This document shows, piece by piece, positions 19,398 through 28,366 of a stretch of DNA of 64,000 bases. Position 1 is the stretch's first letter; each line of letters opens with the position of its first letter. The notes beneath the pieces are model-generated. The model searched no databases and had not been told where the DNA came from. It saw nothing but the letters and a program-made list of their open reading frames with translations. The translations under genes were made by a program, and so were the position numbers. The DNA comes from Gemmatimonadota bacterium (GTDB taxonomy: Bacteria; Gemmatimonadota; Gemmatimonadetes; Gemmatimonadales; Gemmatimonadaceae): NCBI GenBank assembly GCA_016704465.1, contig JADJAD010000006.1, forward strand, positions 380,021 through 444,020, read 5' to 3'.

Positions 19398-20909
19398 TCA
19401 CGGCACCCGCACTTCCAACACCCGGCCGCGATACGCGCGTGGGTCGACCGCTGCCACGCGCTTTGTCATCCGCTCGCTGGCCACGAGCGACGTGATTTCT
19501 ACGTCGACCGGTGCCAGCGAGGGGAGCGCCACGTGCACGGGCGTGATGCCCTGCGAGTCGTATCCGCCCCCGGTGTCCACGAGCCGCGCGCCGAGCAGGC
19601 GTCGAGTGCCCGCGACATACACGCGCACCTCGCTTCCGGCCCGCGTCGCCCGGCCGCGCGCATCACGCACCGCCACCTGCAACGACCGCGCAGCGACGCT
19701 GCCGGGCAGCGTACTCCGGAACAACGGGTGTGTGCCGGCCGTGTGGTTGTTGGTGAGGGCGAGGTCGAGGTCGCCGTCGCGGTCGAAGTCGGCCCACGCC
19801 ACGCCGTGGCTTCCGTTGTTGATCGCGATGGCGGGTGGCATGACGTTGACGAAGCGGTCGCTACGGTTATGGAAGAAGTGGTCGGGGGTGTCGCGCTCAC
19901 CGGTGAGGTACGACACGACGAACAGGTCGAGCCGTCCGTCATGGTCAGCGTCGCCCCAGGCGGCACTGACAGAGTGATAGTCGCCCGCCAGCCCCACCGA
20001 CTCGGCGACGTTGGTGAAGCGAGCGCCGTCGTCGCGATACAGGGCATCGGGGCCATAGTTGGCGACGAAGAGGTCGAAGTCGCCGTCGTTGTCGAAGTCC
20101 CCGAGCGCGGGTCCCACGCCGCCCAGGTCGGCGGCGCGGCCCCGTTCGGACAGGCCGAGCGAGTCGGCCACGTCCATGAAGCGCCCGCCAACGTTGCGGT
20201 AGAAGCCGTTGGCGTCGCCGTCCTGGTTGGCCACGAACGCGTCCAGGTCGCCGTCCTGCTCCCAGTCCCACCAAGTCACGCCAACGGTCTTGCGCAGGTC
20301 GGCGATGCCGAGCGCTGCGGCCACATTGGTGAAGCGCCCGCCGTCGTTGCGGTACAGGGCGTTCGGGCGATCGCGGAAGGCGACGAACAGGTCGACGTCG
20401 CCGTCGTTGTCGTAGTCGATGAAGGCAGGCTGGCGGGTGGTACCGCGATCGATCAGGCCTACGACTGGCGCCACGTCGCCGAATCGCGCCCCGCCGCCCG
20501 GATTGCGATACAGCTTGTTAGGCACGGTCGCTGCAGGGGTGAAGCCGACGTACAGGTCGGCGTGCCCGTCGGCATCGAAGTCGCCCCACGCCGCGGCGCG
20601 CACCTCGAGCGAGTCGTCCAGGCCCAGCGCGGCGGCCACGTCGGTGAACGTGCCGCCGTCGTTGCGATAGAGCCGGGCACGCACGCCGCCGCGGAAGCCG
20701 ACATACAAGTCAAGGTCGCCATCGTTGTCGAAGTCGGCCCACGCGTTCGGCTGGCCGCCCGGGGTGACGAACAGCTCGGGTTGTACCGACTCGAAGGCGG
20801 GCATGACGACCGCGTCTCCCCCCAACATTGGGACCATCGTCACGCCAGCCCCAGGGCGCGACACGCCGCCCCCGCAGGCGGTGAGCATCGCGCATGCAAT
20901 CACAAACAT
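19398..20909 (-). CDS. FG-GAP/VCBS-repeat protein with ASPIC/UnbV-like C-terminus (CRTAC1-like), lipoprotein
   Basis: Track ORF 19398-20972. The start MFVIACAMLTAC is at 20909. There are seven repeats of the type DFDNDGDLDLYV / GDFDADGHADLYV / DYDNDGDVDLFV. Confidence 0.85.
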   Translation of the reverse strand: MFVIACAMLTACGGGVSRPGAGVTMVPMLGGDAVVMPAFESVQPELFVTPGGQPNAWADFDNDGDLDLYVGFRGGVRARLYRNDGGTFTDVAAALGLDDSLEVRAAAWGDFDADGHADLYVGFTPAATVPNKLYRNPGGGARFGDVAPVVGLIDRGTTRQPAFIDYDNDGDVDLFVAFRDRPNALYRNDGGRFTNVAAALGIADLRKTVGVTWWDWEQDGDLDAFVANQDGDANGFYRNVGGRFMDVADSLGLSERGRAADLGGVGPALGDFDNDGDFDLFVANYGPDALYRDDGARFTNVAESVGLAGDYHSVSAAWGDADHDGRLDLFVVSYLTGERDTPDHFFHNRSDRFVNVMPPAIAINNGSHGVAWADFDRDGDLDLALTNNHTAGTHPLFRSTLPGSVAARSLQVAVRDARGRATRAGSEVRVYVAGTRRLLGARLVDTGGGYDSQGITPVHVALPSLAPVDVEITSLVASERMTKRVAAVDPRAYRGRVLEVRVP

Positions 20910-20978
20910 CCAGGTTCTGGCCACCCGATTCTCCCTATCGCGTGTGACAGTGCAGCTGCACCGCCGTCGCAAATCCGG

Positions 20979-21833
20979 TCACGAACCACTCTCAGTGAAC
21001 ACGTGCACGTCGCGCTGCGGGAAGGGAATGCTGATACCCTCCGCGTCGAAGGCTTCCTTCACCGCCTTGGTGAAGTCGAACTTGACACCAAAGTAGTCGC
21101 TGCTGTTCACCCACGGACGCACCACGAAGTCCACGCTGCTGTCGCCGAGGTTGGCGACGGCGACGACGGCGGGCGGATCCTTCAGCACGCGATCGTCCTC
21201 GGCCAGGAGGCGTTCGATGACCTGCTTCGCCTTGTTGAGATCGTCGCCGTAGCCGACGCCGACCGTCATGTCCACGCGGCGAGTCGGGTGGGCGAAGATG
21301 TTGGTGATCGAGCCGCCCATGACGGCCGAGTTGGGCATGATGATCTGCACGTTGTCCGGCGTCTTGAGCTCGGTGGTGAGGATTCCCACCACCACAACAG
21401 TGCCCGTTTCGCCACCGGCCTTGATGAGGTCTCCAGCCTTGAACGGCTTGAAGATGATGAGCAGCACCCCGGAGGCGAAGTTGGACAGCGAACCTTGCAG
21501 GGCGAGTCCGACCGCCAACCCCGCCGCACCGATCACCGCCACGAACGATGTGGTCTGCACACCGAGCTTGCCCACCGCGGCAATGACGATGAAGACGACG
21601 AATGCGCCGTACACGAGGCTCGAGAGGAACCCGACGAGCGTGGCATCGGTGCCGCGCTTCTCGAGCGCGGCGACGGACAGCGTTTGCACCTTCCTGGCCA
21701 GCCAGAGGCCAACGACCAGGATGAGGATGGCAGCAACCACTCGGAGTCCGTACTCCGCGAGATACGCGAGCATGCGGTCACCGACGGAGGAATCGAAGGA
21801 AGTCGCAACAGATTGCAGCAGGGCAGGGATCAT
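20979..21833 (-). CDS. Small-conductance mechanosensitive channel (MscS family)
   Basis: Track ORF 20979-21896. The start MIPALLQSVATS is at 21833. Three TM helices are followed by the beta-domain signature VGILTTELKTPDNVQIIMPNSAVMGGSITN. Confidence 0.9.
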   Translation of the reverse strand: MIPALLQSVATSFDSSVGDRMLAYLAEYGLRVVAAILILVVGLWLARKVQTLSVAALEKRGTDATLVGFLSSLVYGAFVVFIVIAAVGKLGVQTTSFVAVIGAAGLAVGLALQGSLSNFASGVLLIIFKPFKAGDLIKAGGETGTVVVVGILTTELKTPDNVQIIMPNSAVMGGSITNIFAHPTRRVDMTVGVGYGDDLNKAKQVIERLLAEDDRVLKDPPAVVAVANLGDSSVDFVVRPWVNSSDYFGVKFDFTKAVKEAFDAEGISIPFPQRDVHVFTESGS

Positions 21834-22233
21834 GATGCAGGGACGTGTTGGTGGATGTGACCTGGCACGTAGGCGTTGCTTGCAGTCGCAGTTCACGAGC
21901 GCGACTCACCATCGCGACTCACACAGGTGCCGTGTCGTACGTCGTTCATAATACGACATCGGCCAACGCCGCGCGCGCATCGATCCGCTGGCAGCATCGG
22001 TGCATACCAGCGACACCGCCCGTAACCCTAACCGCTGACTACATCCGCGACTTCGTCACAGCGCATCGAGGTCGACGACGACGGCGCGCACCGCCCTCAA
22101 GTATCGACGACGCCCCAAACGTGCGGGAGTATCCCGCGAACGTCGCCCCCAGCCCCTCGTCGCGGAACGACGCCCCGCGCGGCGACGTTGATCACCGGGC
22201 ACGCCGCCCCGACTCACGCGCAGCGACCCACCT

Positions 22234-22255
22234 CCCGTCCCCCGTCCCCCGTCCC
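22234..22255. repeat. Tandem heptad (CCCGTCC)x3; the complementary strand is G-tract rich
   Basis: Read directly from the sequence, about 160 bp upstream of the first usp gene. The same heptad tract occurs at 24994-25023. Confidence 0.9.
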
Positions 22256-22417
22256 AAGTAGGGGTTTCGCCTCGCCCTATTGGTAGAGTCGCTGGGAGCG
22301 CAGGGCGCATCGCCGTGCTATCGTCCAAGCGGTCCCCGCTCCATCATGGTCGCCGCATCTCTCTGACTCGGCGCCGGACTCTGGTCGAGCGCATTCGCCT
22401 TCACACGGGAGCCCCTC

Positions 22418-23353
22418 ATGTTCACGTCGATTCTCGTCCCGGTGGACGGATCCGGCCTTTCGGAGGCCGCACTCACGGTGGCCGTCCCACTGGCGCGCCA
22501 GTACAACGCCGAACTGCACGTCGTCACGGTGCAGGCTCCCCCACCCAGACTCAGCGGGAGCGGTGGCGCCCCGGTCACGGACACGCTGTTCGACGTCGAG
22601 CGGCGGCAGGCCGCCATGGAGTACCTGACGCAGCTCGGCGCCCGAATCTCGGCTGAGGCCGACGGCGTTCGCATCCATACGGAGCGCCTCGAAGGTCGCG
22701 TCGCTGATGCGCTCGCCGATCGCGTTACCGAGCATCCGCACGACCTCGTGGTCATGACCACGCACGGCCACCGCGGGGCCAGCCGGCGCTGGCTGGGGAA
22801 TGTGGCCGATAGCCTGGTGCGCATGAGCCCGGCCCCGGTGCTCCTGCTCACCGACGCCAGTCTCGGCGCCACGCCGGCCGGCGCCCCTCCCTTCGCCAAC
22901 GTGCTCGTCCCCATCGCGCCGACCGAAGAGAGCGAAGAGATCCTGAGCGACGCCATCGCGCTGGCCGGCGTCGCCGCGTCGTATCTGCTGTTCGCGGTGG
23001 TCGAACCGCTGCCGTTCTTGCCGCGTTCGCCGCTCGATCTCATGTCGGTGACCGACGCGGCGGGCGAGGAATCACACGCACCCAGGTCGGAGTTCGACGT
23101 GGCGGTCGCGCACCTTGACGAACTGGCGGCCGCACTGCGGCGCCGCGGGCTGACGGTGCACACCAGCGTGGCGATCCATCGTCACCCGGCCGAGGCGATC
23201 CTCGCCCAGGCGGCTGAGCTGTCGTCACCGCTCATCGCGATGTTCACCCGCGGGCACGGCAGCACTCGGCGCTTCTTCCTCGGCAGCGTCACGGACAAGG
23301 TGCTGCGCGGAAGCAGCGTGCCGGTCCTGCTTCGCGCCCCCGACAGGAGCTGA
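22418..23353 (+). CDS. Tandem-domain universal stress protein (UspA family)
   Basis: The start is MFTSILVPVDGSGLSEAAL. The second domain begins NVLVPIAPTEESE. The C-terminal motif is GSTRRFFLGSVTDKVLRGSSVPVLL. Confidence 0.85.
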   Translation: MFTSILVPVDGSGLSEAALTVAVPLARQYNAELHVVTVQAPPPRLSGSGGAPVTDTLFDVERRQAAMEYLTQLGARISAEADGVRIHTERLEGRVADALADRVTEHPHDLVVMTTHGHRGASRRWLGNVADSLVRMSPAPVLLLTDASLGATPAGAPPFANVLVPIAPTEESEEILSDAIALAGVAASYLLFAVVEPLPFLPRSPLDLMSVTDAAGEESHAPRSEFDVAVAHLDELAAALRRRGLTVHTSVAIHRHPAEAILAQAAELSSPLIAMFTRGHGSTRRFFLGSVTDKVLRGSSVPVLLRAPDRS

Positions 23354-24294
23354 TGCCCATGGGTGAGCCTGCCCACCCGATTCCACCGGTCACCACGCAC
23401 GAGCGCGTGGTCATCGGCGTCGACTTCTCCGAGGCGTCGATCGCCGCGATCCACTGGGTCCGGCGGGCGCTCGCGCCAGACGCGGAGTTGGTGCTCGTAC
23501 ACGCCATCGAGGTGCCCGAACCGCCGCCCTTCCTGCGCGGACTGCACGCGCCGCGCGAGGACGTCGTCTCGACGGCGAGACGAGGTGCCGAGGTCCGCTT
23601 CCGCGAGTTGCGCGCTTCGGTGGCCCCTGGGCGCGTGTGGACCGAGATACGCGTCGCGCGCGCCAGCGAGTGCCTGGCGACGGTGGCGAGCGAGTACGGC
23701 GCAAGCCTGGTGGTCATCGGGACGCATCGCGAGCGCCCTGGCGTGTGGAATCGGCTGGGGACGACCGCCGAACGCGTGCTGTCCATCTCCCCGGTGCCGG
23801 TCGTGTTGACGACGGGCGAGCTGCGCGATGCGCCGCAGCACCTGCTTGTCCCGGTAGACGACGCCGAGAGCTTCACGCGGCTGCTCGGCTGGCTGCAGGC
23901 GCTCATGCGCGTGCACGGCAGCCGAGTGACGACGCTGCATGTGGTGCCGTCGTCGACCCTTGGGTACCTGCTCACCGGGGTCGGCGTCGGCGTCGGTTCG
24001 GTGGCACCGGTGGTCACCGCCCCCGACGACCTGCTCGCGCTCGAGGCCGAGCAATGGAAGCAACGCCTGCTCGCCGCCGGGTTGGACGCGGATCGGGTCA
24101 GCTGCGAAGTGATCTTTGGCGAGCCTGGACGGGCGATCGTCGAGGCCACCACTCGGCTCTCTGCCGACATGATCGTGATGGGGCGATCGGGGGCTGGGAA
24201 GATCCGGCGTGCCCTCATGGGGAGCGTGACCCGCGAGGTGCTGCGCGGGGCGACCTGCCCCGTGCTCGTGATCGTGGAGGGTGGGGGCGAATAG
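23353..24294 (+). CDS. Tandem-domain universal stress protein (UspA family)
   Basis: The start overlaps the upstream stop (TGATG). Domain starts are ERVVIGVDFSEAS and HLLVPVDDAES. The C-terminal motif is GAGKIRRALMGSVTREVLRGATCPVLVI. Confidence 0.85.
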   Translation: MPMGEPAHPIPPVTTHERVVIGVDFSEASIAAIHWVRRALAPDAELVLVHAIEVPEPPPFLRGLHAPREDVVSTARRGAEVRFRELRASVAPGRVWTEIRVARASECLATVASEYGASLVVIGTHRERPGVWNRLGTTAERVLSISPVPVVLTTGELRDAPQHLLVPVDDAESFTRLLGWLQALMRVHGSRVTTLHVVPSSTLGYLLTGVGVGVGSVAPVVTAPDDLLALEAEQWKQRLLAAGLDADRVSCEVIFGEPGRAIVEATTRLSADMIVMGRSGAGKIRRALMGSVTREVLRGATCPVLVIVEGGGE

Positions 24295-24407
24295 TCCGGG
24301 CGAGCCGCCATCGGCGCCGGAGTGCGCTCCCTTGAATCATCCGGGCCGGGTGACACGTAGGTCAGGGAGCATTCGTTGTCCCCCCCACCCCTGCCTCGGA
24401 GCTTGTC

Positions 24408-24656
24408 ATGGGACTCATCTTCGCCGCCGTATTCGGACTCATTGTCGGCGCGCTTGCCCGCATGTTCTACCCCGGCCGTCAGGACATGTCGATCCTCAAG
24501 ACGATGCTGCTGGGCATCGGCGGCGGCTTTGTGGCTGGCCTGATCGGCCGCATGGTCGGCTGGTATCCCGCGGGTCAGGGCGCAGGACTCATCGCGTCAG
24601 CGCTAGGTGCAATGCTCCTGATCTGGGCCGTGGGAAAGATGCAGTCGAACGCGTAG
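24408..24656 (+). CDS. GlsB/YeaQ/YmgE-family small stress membrane protein
   Basis: 82 aa and Gly-rich, with TM helices: MGLIFAAVFGLIVGALARMF...LLGIGGGFVAGLIGRMVGWY. Confidence 0.85.
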   Translation: MGLIFAAVFGLIVGALARMFYPGRQDMSILKTMLLGIGGGFVAGLIGRMVGWYPAGQGAGLIASALGAMLLIWAVGKMQSNA

Positions 24657-24993
24657 GCGCTGGGGGGCGCCGGCGAGCTGCACGTCACGCGAGTGCACGT
24701 CGCGGCCTGCGCCCCCAGCGACCCACCCCCCCCACCGTTCCAGCCACCTCAACATCTCGGAGCGCGTCCGTCCGGTAGACGTCCGCGTGGCCCACCAGAC
24801 AGCCCACGCCCCCGCCGCACCCCACCCGGCGGATCGCGCGCGTAAGCCGCCCGCGAGCCCACCTGCCGAACGAAGTCCCCCGCCCGCGCCCGCGGCCCAC
24901 TCCGGAAAGGAGCGGGCCGCGTTTTTTCATCGCGCCCGACCGACCCAGCCCCGCCTCCTCACCCTCGGACGGAGGTACCCAGCCTCTCTGTCT

Positions 24994-25023
24994 CCCGTCC
25001 CCCGTCCCCCGTCCCCCGTCCCC
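24994..25023. repeat. Tandem heptad (CCCGTCC)x4, directly abutting a TTGACA box
   Basis: Read directly from the sequence. The complement has four or more G4-5 tracts separated by AC. Confidence 0.9.
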
Positions 25024-25073
25024 TTGACATCCTCGCCCTCGACCCCGACTTTGTTTCCCACTCGAACAAAGTC
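25024..25073 (+). promoter_or_regulatory. Putative promoter (-35 TTGACA at 25024-25029) plus palindromic operator GACTTTGTT-N9-AACAAAGTC (25047-25073)
   Basis: A perfect 9-bp inverted repeat with a 9-nt spacer ends 58 nt upstream of ATG 25131. A near-identical site lies at 55838-55860. Confidence 0.6.
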
Positions 25074-25130
25074 TGGTTCGGACCCCCCGCTCGGTCCGGT
25101 CACCAGCCCGCCATTCAGAACGAGGCACGC

Positions 25131-28100
25131 ATGGGTCCGATTCGCCCCCCCGCTCCCCGACTCCTGCACAGGCGCTGGGTTGCGGTCGCAACCGCCGCGG
25201 CGCTCGCCATCCTCCCCGCCCAAACGCTTTCCGCCCAGACGCTCTCCGCCCAGCGCGTGCAGGTCGTCAGCGACGCCTCCGGCTCGCGTCTCCAGGTCGA
25301 CGGCAAGGACTTCCTGGTTCAGGGGATGAACTGGGACTACTTCCCGATCGGGACGACCTACTCGTACAACTTCTGGGGGCAGTCGGACGCCTTCATCAAG
25401 ACGGCGCTCGATCGCGAGATGTCGCTGCTCAAGAGCATGGGGGTCAACGCGATCCGCCAGTACAACGGCGTCCCCCCCAAATGGGTGCGCTACATCTATG
25501 AGCAGCACGGGATCTTCACCGTCCTGAACCACCCGCTCGGCCGCTACGGCTACACCGTCCGCGGCTCCTACGTCCAGAACACCGACTACTCCGACCCCGA
25601 CGTGCGCAAGGCGCTCGTCGCCGAGGTCGCCGCGCTGGTGGAGCAGTTCCGCGGGACGCCGGGCGTGCTCATGTGGCTGCTCGGCAACGAGAACAACTAT
25701 GGCCTGAGCTGGAAGTCGGCAGAGACCGAGGACCTCCCCGTCGGCGAGCGCGACGCCGCCAAGGCGCGCTACCTGTATTCGCTGTTCGGCGAGACGATCC
25801 GCGCCATCAAGGCGATCGACACCGAGCACCCGGTCGCCATGGCCAACGGCGACCTGCAGTACATCGACATCATCGCCGAGGAGACCAAGGGGCTCGACGT
25901 CTTCGGCGCCAACGTGTATCGCGGCATCTCGTTCGGCGACCTCTTCCAGCAGGTCAAGACCAAGCTGGATATCCCGGTGATGTTCACCGAGTTCGGCGCC
26001 GACGCCTGGAACGCCCGCGAGCTGCGCGAGGACCAGCAGTCGCAGGCGCGCTACCTGCTGGGGCAGTGGGAGGAGATCTACCTCCAGACCGCAGGCAAGG
26101 GACGCGTAGGGAACGCGATCGGCGGCATGACCTTCCAGTGGTCCGACGGCTGGTGGAAGGTGAAGCAGGAGGAACGCCTCGACGTGCACGATACCGACGC
26201 CGGGTGGGGGAACGACGCCTACGGCGACGACTACACGCCCGGCGAAAACAACATGAACGAGGAGTGGTGGGGGGTGGTGGCCAAGGGGCCGGCCGACTTC
26301 CGCGGCCACTTCCAGCTCTTCCCGCGCGCCGCCTTCTATGCGCTGCAGCGCGCGTACGCGCTCGCGCCGTACGGGGCGGGGACAGATCCCGCGGCGATCC
26401 GCTCGCACTTCGCCGGCATCCTCCCCTCGGAGATGGAGCTGCGCGCGCGCGGCGACCGCGCCGCCCTCGCCTCGAGCATCTCGGAGCGCGTGCGTGTGAG
26501 CGGGATGCGCCTGGAACTCTCAACGTTCAGCACCGGCGGCACGAGCATCAGCACCCCGTCATCGGCAACGCCGAGCCCCAACACGTATCCCTCGTTCCAG
26601 GGCTTCGACCGGCTGGAGTCGTTCTTCGCCGAGGTGCAGGCCCAGCCGTCGCAGAACGTGCTGGCGACCATGTCGTTCAACATGCTCGGCAACGTCCCGA
26701 CGAATCCCATTGACGAGATCTTCTACGAGAACCGCGGCCGCCCGCGCACCTTTGTCCAGGCCGACGGCAGCAACTACACCAACACCGGGATCGAGCGCTT
26801 CAAGATGTACCGCGCCAGCGTGGCGTGGGACGAGCGCGACTTCCGCCTCGACGGCTTTTATCGCACCGGGCATTACCACTGGGGCTATGAGGGCGACTTC
26901 TTCGGCCTGTACCGCGAGGCCAACTACGGCCCCAACATCGACATCTACAACGGCGACGCCCCGTTAGGGCGTGGAGTTCACCGGCAAGCGCAAGTTCGAG
27001 GGACTCAAGCTCGCCGCCGGCCCGCAGCTCTGGTGGGGAGCCAACCCCACCGTCCTGGCCAAGTACCGCCGCAAGGTCGGCGCCTTCGACGTGACGACCG
27101 TGTTCCAGGAGGATCTCACGGCGCTCGGCGGAACAGCCTCCTCGTTCGCCGTCCCGCTCCCCGTGCAGCGTACCGCGACCTTGCACCTGGCCACCACCCG
27201 CGGCCGAGCCGGCCTCGAGGTCGGCGGCATCTGGGGCGGGAACACCAAGAACGGGCGCATCTTCCAGATCGCCGACGGCGAACCCGGCAGCTACCGCGTG
27301 CTGCAGGACCGCCTGCGCGATAGTGATGCGTTAGGCGCCAAGGCCAAGGTCACCTATTCGCGCGGCCGCTGGAACTGGTACGCCCAGGGGGCCGCGATGG
27401 GGATCGTGGCCGAAGGGGGACCGACGGCCACCATGACCTACACCGGCTGGGGGCTCAAGGACAGCGGGAGCGGCAACCAGTGGAACGCCCTCTCCGGCTT
27501 CACCTACGCCGTCGGTAACTTCCAGATCGCCCCCAACTTCCTCTGGCAGAAGCCGCTCGTCGGCCCCGTGCCCAACGACGTCCCCGCCCCGGGGCGTCCG
27601 CGCAACATCCTCGCCGACCCGTTCGTCGTGCGCGGCAACCGCGAACAGGTCGCCGGCGAGCTGCTCATCTCGTTCGACCCGACGCCGGCCACGTTCATGT
27701 ACGCCTGGGACGCCGACGTGCGCGAGGATGCCCGCTTGGCCATGAACCTCGGCTTCATCTTCCGCCACCTCCCCACCACGCAGGACGCCGCCGTCGGCAT
27801 CTTCGCCGACGGACGCACGCTGTTCGCCTTCCCCGGCGCCCCGCCGGCCAAGGACCTGTGGGAGGTGCGCTCCCGCATCGTCTCGCGCGTCACCCCCGAC
27901 CTGCGCTTCATCGTCAACCTGTACGGCGGCCCGGCACAGCCTAACGGCAACAGCGCACGCACCGTCAAGCGCTACGGCGGCGACCTGCGCCTCGCCCATG
28001 GCCAGACCAAGGTCATGGCCGCGGCCAAGTTCAACGACTGGGGGCCGTTCGACTACCATCGCGACTTCAACCTCACGTTCCCCTCGCAGCTCATGGGCGA

Positions 28101-28314
28101 CGTGTCGTACGTCCTCGGCCTCCCATCCTGGTTCAACGTGCCGGGGACCCGTTTCGGCCTGCGCGGCACCTGGCGCACACTCGATCGCTTCTCCCCCCGC
28201 TATTGTCCGGATCGCATCCCCGACGCCACCGGGACCGCCGTCTGCGACCCGACCGCTCCGGCCAAGACCGGCCGGGAATGGGAGATTCGTTCGTATCTCA
28301 CCGTCGGATTCTGA
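25131..28314 (+). CDS. Clan GH-A (TIM-barrel) glycoside hydrolase fused to a large beta-barrel-like C-terminal region; frame broken once at 26963-26970
   Basis: Track ORFs 25131-27323 and 26971-28314. The signal peptide is ...AAALAILPAQTLSA. The acid/base-type motif is LLGNENNYGL and the nucleophile-type motif is VMFTEFGADAW. The second frame continues ...VEFTGKRKFEGLKLAAGPQLWWG and ends with an OMP-type terminal strand, EWEIRSYLTVGF. Deleting one G from TTAGGGC joins the frames as ...GDAPLGVEFTG... Confidence 0.65.
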
Positions 28315-28366
28315 CGAACGCCAGGCCGCCTCGCGCGGCCGCCGTTCGCCTGGAGAGAGGAGCTGC

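Noticed and set aside
22234-25023. Heptad tracts considered as CRISPR-like or minisatellite arrays
   Set aside because: The units are 7 bp with no spacers and there are only 3-4 copies. The tracts are not a CRISPR array and are reported only as short tandem repeats.
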